Below, one piece after another: positions 11,633 to 22,566 of a DNA stretch of 64,000 nt. The notes beneath the pieces were generated by a model. That model made no database searches. It worked only from the letters and a program-made list of their open reading frames with translations, and had not been told where the DNA came from. A program made the position numbers and the translations under genes. Each line of letters starts with the position of its first letter. Position 1 is the first letter of the stretch. The DNA lies in the NCBI GenBank assembly GCA_963823665.1, contig CAWGMQ010000006.1:160001-224000 (forward strand), in the 5' to 3' direction. Source of the DNA: an uncultured Planctomycetota bacterium. Lineage in GTDB: Bacteria; Planctomycetota; Planctomycetia; Isosphaerales; Isosphaeraceae.

Positions 11633-11818
11633 GTATGGTCCCCGAATCCGCCCGGTTTCTCGATTTCAAGCATAAAAGATAATTTAACCAAACAGTCTGA
11701 TAACTGCAAGGTGAAGACGACCGGAAGTTGCCACCGCGATTCGAAGTCGCGAAGTATATCCTGTAGCGACAATGTTCTAGAATTTCTCGGCTTCGACCGG
11801 AGTCGAAAGGCGGACCAT

Positions 11819-13462
11819 GTGATTCCCGAGACCGTCAGCCATCTCCGAGATATTCCGCGATATGGTCAAATTCTCACGACGCTCGTTCGCTACGGCTACC
11901 AGGACGTGGTGACGGCACTTCATCTCGAGGGAATCGCCCGCCCTATCGAGCGAGTCGCCCTCGGTAACGCGCTGCCTCAACACGATCGTCCGCATCGGCT
12001 CCGCCTGGTATGCGAGGACCTCGGGCCAACCTTTGTCAAGCTCGGGCAATTGCTGAGCACGAGACCGGACCTGCTCCCCGAGGCCTACACCACCGAGCTC
12101 GCCTATTTGCGCGATGACGTCAGAACTTTTCCGTTCGACCAGGTCGAATCGATTCTCCGTGACGAATACGGCCAATCGCCTGCGCAGATCTTCGCATGCC
12201 TCGACGAAAAACCAGTGGCCTCTGCCTCGATCTCACAAGTACACCGGGCGGTGCTCCGCGATGGCCGCGTCGTCGCTCTGAAAGTACAGCGGCCTGACAT
12301 CGCCAAGGTCGTGCAGGCCGATCTCGACATCATAAAAAACCTCGCGCAGCTCATCGAACGCCGGATTCCTAATCTTGCCGTCTACCGGCCGCTCACGATG
12401 GCCCGCGAATTCGAGCGCACGATCAAGCGCGAGCTCGACTTCTCCCGCGAGCGCCGCACTATCGAGCGCTGCCGCCTCCAGTTCGCCGACGACAGCTCCG
12501 TCCACATTCCGCTGACTTTTCCCGAACTGTCCACGGCGCGTGTGCTGGCGATGGAGTTTGTCGAAGGTGTGCCGATCAACGATCTCGAGGGCATCCGCTT
12601 GATGGGATCCACTCCTGAGAAAATCGCAGTCGCCGGCGCCCGCCTGCTGCTCAAGCAAATCTTCGAGTTCGGCTTCTTTCATGCCGACCCCCATCCCGGC
12701 AATCTTCGCGTGTTGCCTTCAGGTCTCATCGTCCCACTTGATTATGGCGTATTCGGACATCTCGATATCCGAACACGAGAGCGGATCGCCGGCCTCTTGA
12801 CCGGCCTCTTGTCGCAAGATGCCGACCGCGTCATCCGCGCCCTCGAATCACTCGAGATCCGCCGCGACCACACGGACGCCCGCGGCTTCCGGCGAGACGT
12901 CGCCGAACTGGTTACTGCATATTCCGACCTGAGCCTCGACACCCTCGACCTCGGCGTTCTTCTTCGCGACCTGACAGGCATCATCCGGACCCACCGCCTC
13001 TCGATCCCGCCTGATCTCGTGCTCCTGATCCGCGCGCTCGTCACCATCGAGTCGGTCGGTCGCGGCCTCGATCCGCATTTTGACATCGCAGCACAGCTTC
13101 ATCCCTTCCTTCGCGACGAAATGCGCCGAAGATTCAAGCCCGACCGGATCTTGAGCCAGACCGTACGAACATCCGAAGACCTTCGGCGCATCGCCACCCT
13201 GATCCCCGATTTGCTCAGCCAGTCCCTCGAATCGATCAAGCGCGGTGAGCTGCGCGTCGTCTTCGATCTACAGGGCTTCGAACGCATGGTGCGCCAGTTG
13301 ACACGGGCGAGCAACAGCTTGACGCTCGGCATCGTCATCGCAGGCCTGTTTGTCTCCTCTTCGTTGTTGTTCCGCGTTGGACAGACCACCCTCGCGTTCG
13401 TAGGACTGACGCTGGCCATCACCTTGGGCGCGGCACTTGGCTGGAACATGACCCGAAGCTGA
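11819..13462 (+). CDS. ubiB: ABC1/UbiB (AarF) atypical kinase
   Basis: LGPTFVKLGQLLSTRPD, ASASISQVH, VALKVQRP, FFHADPHPGN, LDYG; C-terminal TMs. Confidence 0.9.
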   Translation: MIPETVSHLRDIPRYGQILTTLVRYGYQDVVTALHLEGIARPIERVALGNALPQHDRPHRLRLVCEDLGPTFVKLGQLLSTRPDLLPEAYTTELAYLRDDVRTFPFDQVESILRDEYGQSPAQIFACLDEKPVASASISQVHRAVLRDGRVVALKVQRPDIAKVVQADLDIIKNLAQLIERRIPNLAVYRPLTMAREFERTIKRELDFSRERRTIERCRLQFADDSSVHIPLTFPELSTARVLAMEFVEGVPINDLEGIRLMGSTPEKIAVAGARLLLKQIFEFGFFHADPHPGNLRVLPSGLIVPLDYGVFGHLDIRTRERIAGLLTGLLSQDADRVIRALESLEIRRDHTDARGFRRDVAELVTAYSDLSLDTLDLGVLLRDLTGIIRTHRLSIPPDLVLLIRALVTIESVGRGLDPHFDIAAQLHPFLRDEMRRRFKPDRILSQTVRTSEDLRRIATLIPDLLSQSLESIKRGELRVVFDLQGFERMVRQLTRASNSLTLGIVIAGLFVSSSLLFRVGQTTLAFVGLTLAITLGAALGWNMTRS

Positions 13463-13524
13463 TTCGGAGAACTCTAGGGCGCGAGGCCCGTCGGGCGCGA
13501 CCGTCGTCCGGAGTGCACTCGCGG

Positions 13525-13740
13525 TCAAGGAAACTGCGGTGAAGCCACGCCGGATGGAAGAACCTTGCTCACAGCCGGCGGTCCGGCGACCGAGTTGATC
13601 GGTCTGACCGCAGAAACCGCGCCGGCGCAAGGATCAACGCACTCCGCATAGCCGACAGCCTGCCTCTTCGGCCAGTGGTGGCAGCCGACGGAGGATGCGA
13701 GCAACACGGCGATCGAAGCGAACTCGAAGAAGCGTCTCAT
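13525..13740 (-). CDS. Small putative lipoprotein
   Basis: Signal peptide ending SVGC lipobox; GAGGG upstream. Confidence 0.6.
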   Translation of the reverse strand: MRRFFEFASIAVLLASSVGCHHWPKRQAVGYAECVDPCAGAVSAVRPINSVAGPPAVSKVLPSGVASPQFP

Positions 13741-13918
13741 CAGTCGACCCTCTACGAAAAGGGGGTGAGTTGCTGACGAGAAAAGCTTGCATCATGAACC
13801 GCTTCCAAACGACAAAAATCACCCGATTGACATTGACGATTGTCATGAATCGCGCGCCCTGCCGGCTCAAGTTAAGATCGCATTCACACACCAGGAAGTC
13901 TCGTTGTAGCCTTTATTC

Positions 13919-15262
13919 TCAAGTGCGGATATTGTCCCACCGGAGCCTGGCGAATGTCCCGAACACGATCAGCGGAATCCACGCCGCCAGCGCGGGGGTA
14001 ACGATCTTGAATCCACCAAGATACTGGCAGAAGATAATCCCCCCATAAAACATCGCTGAATTCCCCAGCGCGAATCCCAGGTTGATGAACGTGTTGCGTC
14101 CGAAACCTCCCAGCACCAGCGGCAAGCTCATGAAGAGCAGGTTCATTGCCAGAAGCGGCCGCAACAGCCGCACGTGCACGAACATCCCCACGTCGTTCCG
14201 TTCCGAGCCCTCTTCCGTCGACGGGTCCGTCAGCCCCTGCAGCAGGTCTCGTGTCGTCGCAAACTGATACCAGTTGGTCTTCCGCGTCATGGCCTGAAAG
14301 CTCAGGCTTGTCTTCAAGAAATAATTGCCGCGGCCGACGTCGGTCTTTCGGTCGAGTGTGGCGTAAATCTTTGCAAACGCTGCGGTTGCATTGAACGGCA
14401 GAGGCGGAAATGCGGTGAAGCACGCGATTTCGGAGTGAGGCCGGTAGAGCCGCTCGGCTCCGGCGTCGGCTCCGAGCGCCGCTCTTTGGCCGGCTTTGGT
14501 CTGGGCCTCGGCTTTGGCTGGTGAAACGTACTGCTTCGGGAAGCCCTTCAGGTCGTAGACGAGGCAGAGCACCTTGCTGCTGTCCGCCAGCAACTCCTCT
14601 TCGATCACAGGGCTGACGGTCGCGTTGCGCACCAGCCACCCGCCTTTCAAGGGCGCGGTCGGATGGTCCGGCGGAATATACGTCGCCTGCACGCCTTTGA
14701 TGTCGCGAATCGAGCCGAAGACGCTTTTCGGAATGGTTGCCCAGAACGGGAACAGCGTCTTGCTCGCTCGGTCGGCATCCACCCCATGAATATAGATGTT
14801 TTGCCCGTCATAGCGGCCGGTCACGTGGACCGTGCGCTCGCCGTCATCGTCGTGCGTCTTCGCCAGCTCCTCCCCGAACATCGGCATGATGATCTCTTGG
14901 TTCGCTACAGTGATCCCTCCCACCAAGAAGGACGAGATGAGCACCGGGCGAATTGCCCGATGCGTGCTGATCCCCGCCGCCAGCATCGCAAGCTGCTCGT
15001 TGTTGCGCTGCATGAACGTCACCGTGAAAATCGCCGCCATCATCCCGATCACACCACTCAACTGGTCGAAGAACAGACTTTGGCGCACCAGGTAGAACCG
15101 GCCCATCACTTGCAGCGTCTCGACCGCACCTTCAGCTCGCTTGGAAAACTCATCCAGATTCGAAAATGCGTCGATCACGACGTACAGGCCCACGAGCGAA
15201 ACGTAACAGATCACGTACGCCTTCACGAATGCCCAGTACCGCTGCTTGTCGAGAATCCGCAC
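13919..15262 (-). CDS. lptG: LptF/LptG family LPS export permease
   Basis: RILDKQRY start, NEQLAMLAAGIS, terminal AAWIP; adjacent to paralog. Confidence 0.85.
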   Translation of the reverse strand: MRILDKQRYWAFVKAYVICYVSLVGLYVVIDAFSNLDEFSKRAEGAVETLQVMGRFYLVRQSLFFDQLSGVIGMMAAIFTVTFMQRNNEQLAMLAAGISTHRAIRPVLISSFLVGGITVANQEIIMPMFGEELAKTHDDDGERTVHVTGRYDGQNIYIHGVDADRASKTLFPFWATIPKSVFGSIRDIKGVQATYIPPDHPTAPLKGGWLVRNATVSPVIEEELLADSSKVLCLVYDLKGFPKQYVSPAKAEAQTKAGQRAALGADAGAERLYRPHSEIACFTAFPPLPFNATAAFAKIYATLDRKTDVGRGNYFLKTSLSFQAMTRKTNWYQFATTRDLLQGLTDPSTEEGSERNDVGMFVHVRLLRPLLAMNLLFMSLPLVLGGFGRNTFINLGFALGNSAMFYGGIIFCQYLGGFKIVTPALAAWIPLIVFGTFARLRWDNIRT

Positions 15263-15341
15263 GCTTGTCCCTCCAGAGCCGGCCGATCATGCCCGCCCGC
15301 CCCGACGATTCCTTACGAGCCTTCGCACCCCTCGACCGCCC

Positions 15342-16541
15342 TCAGTGCTTCACGACCGACGGCAAGACGAGCGCAGCTCCCAGAAGTAAAAGAACGTTTC
15401 CTATCCACAGTGAGAAATACGGCGCAAGCTGGCCTTCCTTGCTCATGTTCACTCCGCCGAGCATCAGCGGATAGTAGATCGCGATGATCGGCAGAAAACA
15501 CGTCATGAACGCGCTCAAGAAATCGCGCCGCGCAAATCGAATTCCAATCGGCGCTCCCACCAGCACGAACAGCAAACTCCCAAACGCCATCGAAACGCGA
15601 AGATGCCACTCGGTATTAAGCTCGTTGCAGCCCCTCACCCAGTCGCCGTGGTCTCGAAATACTTGGTGTACATCTGCCCATTTAATATCGTCGATGCGGC
15701 CCGTCGCGAATGCGAACGCGTCCTTGATGGCTTCTCGTTTCCGGGCAGTCGCAATCAAAAGACGATTCTTCGCCAGCTCCGCGTCAATCTCCGCGAAGGT
15801 TCGTTCCTGCGACTTGATTTCCATGTTGAACTTGCTGTCCGGCGGAATCGAGAACGGCAGCTCATTGTTGTTGATCAAGAACACATCGACATCCTGCGCC
15901 AATCGCTGAACTTCCGCATCCTCGAGATACACCCGCACCAGGTTCTCGTTCAGATGGAAATGCAACTCGGCCGTCCGCGCCTGGATGATCGCGTCGTATT
16001 CGTTGCTCCCTTTGACTTTGTGCTTGAATGTCGGGTCGATCATCTTCGAGCCCTGAACGTCGCGGACCTTGATCAAGAACGGCCACTTGGGATGGTTGAA
16101 TTCGCGGTCCCGCGCCAGCAGCTTGTAAAACATATCCTCTAGATCTTTGAACAGAACCATTTTCGCATTGTGCGTGCTGCGAGGGATCCAGCCTGAGCTC
16201 GCATAAAAGAGCCACCCCGATAGCACCATCCCCAGAAAAATCGTCGGCCAGAGCACCGTCCACACGCTCAAACCCGCACTCTTCACCGCGATGATCTCGT
16301 TGTCACCCGCCAGCCGGCCATAGACGACCGTTGCCGCAAACAGCAGCGACACCGGAATCGTGTACGGCAGCGTGCTCGGAATCACATACGGCACCAGATG
16401 GGCAACATCCGCAGGGGAGAGACCAATATCACGCGCTTGCGCCGCTACCATGAACAGCACGAAGATGGCGGTCATGGTCAACAGCGCGAGCCCGAACGAC
16501 CGCACAACCTCGCCAAATACATACCGCTGGAGAATTCCCAA
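15342..16541 (-). CDS. lptF: LptF/LptG family LPS export permease
   Basis: ILQRYV, YGRLAGDNEIIAVKSAGLS, LWIGN motifs. Confidence 0.88.
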   Translation of the reverse strand: MGILQRYVFGEVVRSFGLALLTMTAIFVLFMVAAQARDIGLSPADVAHLVPYVIPSTLPYTIPVSLLFAATVVYGRLAGDNEIIAVKSAGLSVWTVLWPTIFLGMVLSGWLFYASSGWIPRSTHNAKMVLFKDLEDMFYKLLARDREFNHPKWPFLIKVRDVQGSKMIDPTFKHKVKGSNEYDAIIQARTAELHFHLNENLVRVYLEDAEVQRLAQDVDVFLINNNELPFSIPPDSKFNMEIKSQERTFAEIDAELAKNRLLIATARKREAIKDAFAFATGRIDDIKWADVHQVFRDHGDWVRGCNELNTEWHLRVSMAFGSLLFVLVGAPIGIRFARRDFLSAFMTCFLPIIAIYYPLMLGGVNMSKEGQLAPYFSLWIGNVLLLLGAALVLPSVVKH

Positions 16542-16635
16542 CTCGACGGCCTCCTGTCTTCGCTTCCTTGCCGCAGGCGATCGCCCTCGATCTCAATGGG
16601 TATCAGCGCCTCCCGCTTGGTCGGCCCCGCTTGCT

Positions 16636-17922
16636 TCACCCGACGTGCGCCAGGCACGCGCACAGAGCCTTGCCCAGCCGGCGGGCCCCTTCAACCAGTT
16701 CGGGCTCGCCGGGAACCCCGAACGTCAGCCGGATGTGATTCTTGGGCACCGGAGCAGGCTCGGGCGCAAACGCGTAGTCACCGGGTACGTAAATCACTCC
16801 CTCCCGTACGCACTGCGTGAAAAGAGGCCCGTCAAAACTCGTGTCGAGTCCCTCCGGCACCGTCATCCACACGAACAGCCCCCCCTGCGGCTCGGTCCAG
16901 CAAATCTCCGGATCGATCGGCCTGACATGTTTCTCAAGCGCCGACAGGAAAGCGCCACATTTCCTCCGGTAGATACCGATCAACCCGCGCACATGTCGTT
17001 CATACCGCCCATCCGCCATCATCTGATCGATCAGCCGCTGGTTGAAATTCGCTGACCCGAAATCGTGGTTCCCTTTGAGCGAAACGATCGTCTCGACCAG
17101 TGACCAGGGCAACACCCCGTACCCGGTCTTGAGCCCCGGGCTGAGCGTCTTGCTGAACGTCCCCGCAAGGATCACCGTCTCGCCCTCGCCGTCCAGACTC
17201 CATAGCGACGCCGGCTCGCTCCCCTCAAACCCCAAGCCTCGATAGGCAGCGTCCTCCAGTACGAAGATGCGGTGGTTCTTCGACCACTTTCTTGCCAGCT
17301 CCACCAGCGGCCGCCGCCGTGATTCCGCCAGACTGATTCCCGTCGGATTGGCATGCTCCGGAATCGTGTAGATGAGTTTGACACGATCGAGCTGACCCTC
17401 GCTCTCGAGCCGCTCGAGCGTTTGCTCGAGCTGCCCGATCTGCATGCCGCCTGCGTCGATCGGAATTCGAATCGCACGCGCACCTCGCGTTTCGATCGGG
17501 CCCAGAAAAACGAAATAGGTCGGCGACTCTACTAATACGATGTCTCCCGGGTCCAGGAGCGCTTCGCAGATGAGATAAATCAACTGCGCCGAGCCGGTCG
17601 TGACGATTGTTCGGGGCAGTGCATCCCGGTAAGCGCCGCTCGACTGGAAATCCTTCCGCTCGAGATACTCGAGCACACGTGCCCGAAGCCCCAGGTCGCC
17701 CCCCGTTGTCCCGTACTGAAGCGCCCGGCGGCCGCCAACCGGGTCGGACAGCACCTCGGCCACTGATCGCCCCGCCATCTCGACAGGCAATGACTGCTGA
17801 TCCACGAATCCGGCCGCCAGCGAGACGACTCCAGGATTAAGAAGGGCCGCTTGCATCAACTGAGTGATCGACGACGGTTGCGTCCGCCGCGCCGCCGCGC
17901 TGAGAGCAATCGGAACGGTCAT
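16636..17922 (-). CDS. PLP-dependent aminotransferase class I/II (LysN/MocR-type)
   Basis: LQYGTT, VESPTY, NPTG, EDAAY, TFSKTLSPGLKTG (PLP lysine). Confidence 0.92.
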   Translation of the reverse strand: MTVPIALSAAARRTQPSSITQLMQAALLNPGVVSLAAGFVDQQSLPVEMAGRSVAEVLSDPVGGRRALQYGTTGGDLGLRARVLEYLERKDFQSSGAYRDALPRTIVTTGSAQLIYLICEALLDPGDIVLVESPTYFVFLGPIETRGARAIRIPIDAGGMQIGQLEQTLERLESEGQLDRVKLIYTIPEHANPTGISLAESRRRPLVELARKWSKNHRIFVLEDAAYRGLGFEGSEPASLWSLDGEGETVILAGTFSKTLSPGLKTGYGVLPWSLVETIVSLKGNHDFGSANFNQRLIDQMMADGRYERHVRGLIGIYRRKCGAFLSALEKHVRPIDPEICWTEPQGGLFVWMTVPEGLDTSFDGPLFTQCVREGVIYVPGDYAFAPEPAPVPKNHIRLTFGVPGEPELVEGARRLGKALCACLAHVG

Positions 17923-18554
17923 CGTCGGGATTTGCCGGCTCGTCAAAGGCGACCTCGATCCGCGAGAGTGCGTACTCTATCCAGCCAAGAGCGACTGTCA
18001 AGCTCGGTTGACTTCGCCCCGGCCGCCCGGGTGCACGCCAGCCTTTGCGCACGTCGTTGGAGGGGTGAATTCGTCAACGGGAGAATCCCAGATTCTATGG
18101 CACTCTGCGATGGCCAGCGCCCACCAGTTCGTTTTGTATTTTCGACGCGCGGCCTTTCTCCACAAGGATTAAGGGATCGAACCATTATGCCTCGACGGCA
18201 GTCCCGCCCGCCGTCAGTTCGTGATTGCTTCAGTGTCTTATCCCCTCATGTTGCCGGTCAAAGTGGTTCGCTCGGAAAATAAAATCCTCCGAGCGGTGCA
18301 TCTTCCCCCAAAAACGCCGGTGCGGCCATGAGCCGGCCCCACCGGCTGCAATTCACCCGCACACTAGGTCCTCATGTACAATACGCGATGACTATGCGGA
18401 TTCGCGGCTCGGTCGACCAGGAAATTTACAGAAAGATTCCGGGTTCCAGCGACGCGATCGATTAGCGAAGAAAATTGATTCTGTAAGCGCGCGCCGGCGT
18501 CAGTCACCCGAACTCGAAAAGGCCCCGATCGGACACCCACCTGACCATTCCGGT

Positions 18555-19972
18555 TCATTCTATCCGATCACGCCGCCCCGTCGCGACCTTGGGGTCGTTC
18601 GTCCCCTCCGCACACTGACGCAGCACCGATGCCGTCGGATCGGCCCGATACCGCTCCTCACCCGCACACCGCGGTAATACCCGGTTGTACAGCAAAATGA
18701 CCGACGCCTTGGGCCGGTAGCCCCGGTGCCGCTCGATCTCCTGCATCACCTCCAGCAGCGGCCGCCCCTTCACCGCGAACTGGTAGATTCCCATCCACGC
18801 CGGAGACCGGTCCATGCACCCGTGGCAATGCACCAGGATCGGCCACGCACTCTCATCCTGCGCAACCGCCAGGGTCTTGTCCAGAAATGCATTCGAGGCT
18901 TCTTCCGACGGCTCGCTCGGGCTGCCCAGGTACCGGATCTCGTGCTCACGCGCAAAATTGATCTCCGCCGGCGAGATCGGGCTCCCCTGCGCCGTCTCTT
19001 CCGGAAACAAGTTGATGATCGTCCGGAACGGAATCCGCGCGTATTCCACCTCGAGCCCCCGCACCGTTGGCATCGCGCTCATGTAGATCTTTCCCGGCTC
19101 GACCGCCTTGAATCGCGCCAGCGGCCGGTGATACCACGTCAGGTCGATCGCCCCGATCACAAGCACCAGCCACACCACCGACACCGCCGGCAGCACCAGC
19201 CACTTGCTCGTTCGCGATTTGAACAACGGCACAACTTCGATCAAAAGCGCCAGGTCCATCGCCAGCATCGCCCAGATCATCGCCCACCGCGGCCAGTACC
19301 CCGCCGGCTCGACCCCAGGAATCTCCACCTGCCGTAACAAGGCCAGAACTCCCGCCGCGACCCAGAGACCAAGCGTCCCCTTTCGATGCGCCGCCCGATG
19401 AGATCCCCGAGCTTGCTTCGTAGCAGGCACACTCCGTGTGCCGCCCGCTCTTTTCGATGCGCCTCCTCGATCGGGTCCCTCAGCTTGCGCCGTTGCACCC
19501 AAAGATTGCCCCCGATCACGCCTCCGATCGCAATCGCCGCCGCCAGCAGCCCCGCGCGCACCGCAGCGGGTGCGTCCGGGTTTGCAATCGATCGCCATCC
19601 CAGGCCGTACCAACCGTCAAACGTGGGCCCCGGCGTCCCGCTATACCACAGCGCCCCCGCCGCGAGCGCAATGGCTGCCGGCCAGCACCCGCCGCCGCGC
19701 GAAAGTGCCAGACCACTCGCCGCCATCACCAGCCCCGCCGCCGAGAAGTAGATCATGATCCGGTCGAGCGTATCCCCCGGCTCCGCCAGCCGGTACGCCG
19801 CAGCCGGCACTCGGCTGAACGTCGGCCGGATCACATTCGGGAACTCGACGTCGAGGTCTTCGTCGAAATCGACAACGTGCCACACCGCCGGGATCAGCGT
19901 GAGCAGAAGCACCAACCAAGGCCAGAACCGGCGTAAGAGGCGTCGCGCATTCATCCCGTCCTCGGTGCCCAT
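18555..19972 (-). CDS. Membrane protein with C-terminal tyrosine/dual-specificity phosphatase domain (frameshift near 19395)
   Basis: N-terminal TMs; TIINL and VHCHGCMDRS (CX5R) motif; AAGGAGG RBS. Confidence 0.75.
19420..19443 (+). repeat. GTAG-type REP-like palindrome inside CDS
   Basis: GTAG-CA-GGCACAC-TCC-GTGTGCC-G; identical 24-mer at 41221-41244. Confidence 0.85.
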
Positions 19973-20009
19973 CTCATGTTCCTCCTTGAAGCAAATCAAT
20001 GTTGATGTT

Positions 20010-20936
20010 TTATGCAACTTGCGCGTCCAGTTCGCTCCAGAAGAAATAGTCGTTGCTGTTGGTTGGGTGCTTCCGAACCTGCTCTTCCAGCACTTCGAAG
20101 AAGTGCCCGACCCAGCGAGCGGCTTCGCCTCGCTCGGGCGCATCCTTGGGCACATGAAATGCCGGCCGGAACTCCATGTGATAGCGTCCGTTCGGTTCCA
20201 TCCGGCAGAAGACCATCACGACCGGCGCCTCGGTGAGCGCGGCCAGCACCACCCAGGTCGTCGAGAATCGCATCCGCCGGCCCAGGAATTCCGCAGTTTC
20301 GGTCAGCTTCCCCGTCCAGCGGACGTCTCCCGCCAGATACAGCAAAAGCCCCGCCCGGATCGCCCTCGTGGCGCGGAGGATCGAGCTCGCCGAGTCGGCC
20401 GGCACACCCTGTCTCGAAATGAACAGCTTGTCCTGTCCCAGCGGGCCGTCTGTCTGAAAATGCCGCGACATGTACCGCGAAATGTGCCTCGGACGCTCCA
20501 TGTAAAACCGAACCGGATAGCTCGCCCGGAAGAGCCAGTGCGCCGGCAGCAGATGGGCCCCGAAGTGGTTGGCCAGCACGATGCATCCCTTCCCCTCGCC
20601 CATGGCCGCTTCCAGATGCTCTTTACCCTCCACGGTAAACATCTCGAGCGCTCGTTCGTCGGGAACCCCGTCCAGCAAGAGGTCGCGTGTCCGCCACAAC
20701 ACGTGGTTGCCCGCAAGCTCGCGGCTGACCTGGCGCGCGTCCCAGTCTCCGGCAAGCACCGTTCGCCCTTGCGCAACCGCCGCGTCGAACGTCTGCCGGA
20801 GTGTGGGGCTTAGCCGGTACTCGAGCCGGCCGATTCCCGATACCACCCGCGACGCCATCGGAAGTGGCAGGGCCCTGAAGACCGGCAGCACGGCCTTGAG
20901 AAAAGTCTTGCGGATGTTGAGCCCCCGCCGTTCCAT
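20010..20936 (-). CDS. Lysophospholipid/lipid A acyltransferase (LpxL/HtrB-like)
   Basis: GKGCIVLANHFG, YLAGD, FLGR, VRKHPTN...FFW motifs. Confidence 0.8.
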   Translation of the reverse strand: MERRGLNIRKTFLKAVLPVFRALPLPMASRVVSGIGRLEYRLSPTLRQTFDAAVAQGRTVLAGDWDARQVSRELAGNHVLWRTRDLLLDGVPDERALEMFTVEGKEHLEAAMGEGKGCIVLANHFGAHLLPAHWLFRASYPVRFYMERPRHISRYMSRHFQTDGPLGQDKLFISRQGVPADSASSILRATRAIRAGLLLYLAGDVRWTGKLTETAEFLGRRMRFSTTWVVLAALTEAPVVMVFCRMEPNGRYHMEFRPAFHVPKDAPERGEAARWVGHFFEVLEEQVRKHPTNSNDYFFWSELDAQVA

Positions 20937-20947
20937 CGACGAACTCC

Positions 20948-21310
20948 TCACGCAACCACCGCGCGGCCCGCGGCTTCCGAAAATCGGCCAGCGTCGCCCC
21001 GCGACCCGTAGGGTCCGCCGTTGCGGACCATCCCCGCCCCGTTGCAGCCCGTATCCTCCCGCCTCGCCTCCAGATACTCCACAATATCGGCCACGCGGCA
21101 CAAGTTTGGCACAGCATCCTCATCAAAGACAACGTCAAAATGGTCCTGAACCGAAAGGACCAGACTGACCAGATCGAGCGAATCGATCGCAAGATCTTCG
21201 ACCAGCCGCGATTCCGGCCCGATCGCGATCTTCCCCGGTACCTTCGCAGACCGGCGCACAATCGCCGTGACTTGATCGATCAGGCTGTCGCGCTCACTTG
21301 CCGCGATCAT
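20948..21310 (-). CDS. Acyl carrier protein (with non-conserved C-terminal extension)
   Basis: DLAIDSLDLV phosphopantetheine motif; ATGA-coupled to fabF. Confidence 0.88.
   Translation of the reverse strand: MIAASERDSLIDQVTAIVRRSAKVPGKIAIGPESRLVEDLAIDSLDLVSLVLSVQDHFDVVFDEDAVPNLCRVADIVEYLEARREDTGCNGAGMVRNGGPYGSRGDAGRFSEAAGRAVVA
21008..21029 (+). repeat. GTAG-type REP-like palindrome
   Basis: GTAG-GGTCCGC-CGTT-GCGGACC; sibling at 42686-42707. Confidence 0.8.
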
Positions 21311-22566
21311 GACGCCAGCCTCCTCAGAATCAAGGCATTGTTCGTTCCGCCGAACCCAAACGCGGCGCTCAGCACGTTCTCCAGCCGAGCCGCCCGCGCC
21401 TCCCCAGGCACATAGTCGAGATCAAGCTCCTCGTCCGGCAGAAAATTGATCGTCGGCGGGATGAGCTGTTCCCGCAAAGCCCGCACCGCGACCGCCGCTT
21501 CAATCGCCGACGCCGCCCCCAGACTGTGCCCGATTGCCCCTTTGATCGAGCTGATCGGTAACCGAGACGCCCCTTCGCCCCAGACGTCCTTGATGACCTG
21601 CGTCTCCACCCGATCGTTCACCACCGTGCTCGTGCCGTGCGCGTTGTAATAATCAATCGCTTCCGGTTTGATCCCTGCCCGCGCGATCGCCGTCTCCAGG
21701 CACGTCACAATCCGCTCCCGGCACGGCATCGCCATATGGTGGCCGTCCGAATTCGTCGCCCATCCCAGCAGCTCCGCCTGCGGCTCCAGTCCCAGCTTCG
21801 CCGCGGCCGATTCCGTCGCCAGCACGAGCGCCCCTGCCCCTTCCGCAAGCACAAAGCCCCCTCGGTCGCGGCTAAAAGGCCGGCTCCCCTGCCCCGGGTC
21901 GTCTTCCGACCGATCGCCCGCCTTGCGGCCCAAGAGCGCCTTCATGGTCGCGAACCCGTTGATGACTGCCGGCGTGAAGGCACTTTCCCCAGCGCCGCAG
22001 ATCGCCACATCGGCTTCGCCCGATCTCAGAAACATCGCCCCGATCACCACAGCATGCCCGCCCGACGCACACGCGTTCGCCGGCGCCGCACTCGGTCCAT
22101 ACAAACGAAGCTGCTGCGCGATCTGCCCTGCCGCTTGATTGATGATCATCCCCGGCACGAGATACGGGCTCGCCGCCAGACTCCGCCGATGGCTCATCCG
22201 CTCCTGTTCCGCCGACAGCAGATCGAGCCCTCCAAAAGCCGACCCAACCACAACCGCCACCCGCCCCCGGTCAATCCATTCTTCCTTCCGGTCCAGCCCG
22301 GCATCGCCATACGCCTGCCGCGCGGCCGCCATCGCCAGATGCAGGAACCGCGCCGATAGCTTCGCAATCGACGGATCCTCCGCCGCTGTACCCGGCCCGA
22401 AGTCCTCCACGATCCCACCCAGATCCTGCAAAAACTCCTCGCTCCTCAGCTCGGCGTGCCGCCGAACACCCGAACGCCCCTCGACCAGCCCCCCCCAGGT
22501 TGAGCCCATGTCCGATCCCAGACACGTCACAGCGCTGTGTCCGACCACGAAGATCCGCTCGGGCAT
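21307..22566 (-). CDS. fabF: Beta-ketoacyl-ACP synthase II (FabF-like)
   Basis: NACASG (Cys), AHGTST and GHSLGA (His, His), AFGFGGTN. Confidence 0.9.
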   Translation of the reverse strand: MPERIFVVGHSAVTCLGSDMGSTWGGLVEGRSGVRRHAELRSEEFLQDLGGIVEDFGPGTAAEDPSIAKLSARFLHLAMAAARQAYGDAGLDRKEEWIDRGRVAVVVGSAFGGLDLLSAEQERMSHRRSLAASPYLVPGMIINQAAGQIAQQLRLYGPSAAPANACASGGHAVVIGAMFLRSGEADVAICGAGESAFTPAVINGFATMKALLGRKAGDRSEDDPGQGSRPFSRDRGGFVLAEGAGALVLATESAAAKLGLEPQAELLGWATNSDGHHMAMPCRERIVTCLETAIARAGIKPEAIDYYNAHGTSTVVNDRVETQVIKDVWGEGASRLPISSIKGAIGHSLGAASAIEAAVAVRALREQLIPPTINFLPDEELDLDYVPGEARAARLENVLSAAFGFGGTNNALILRRLAS

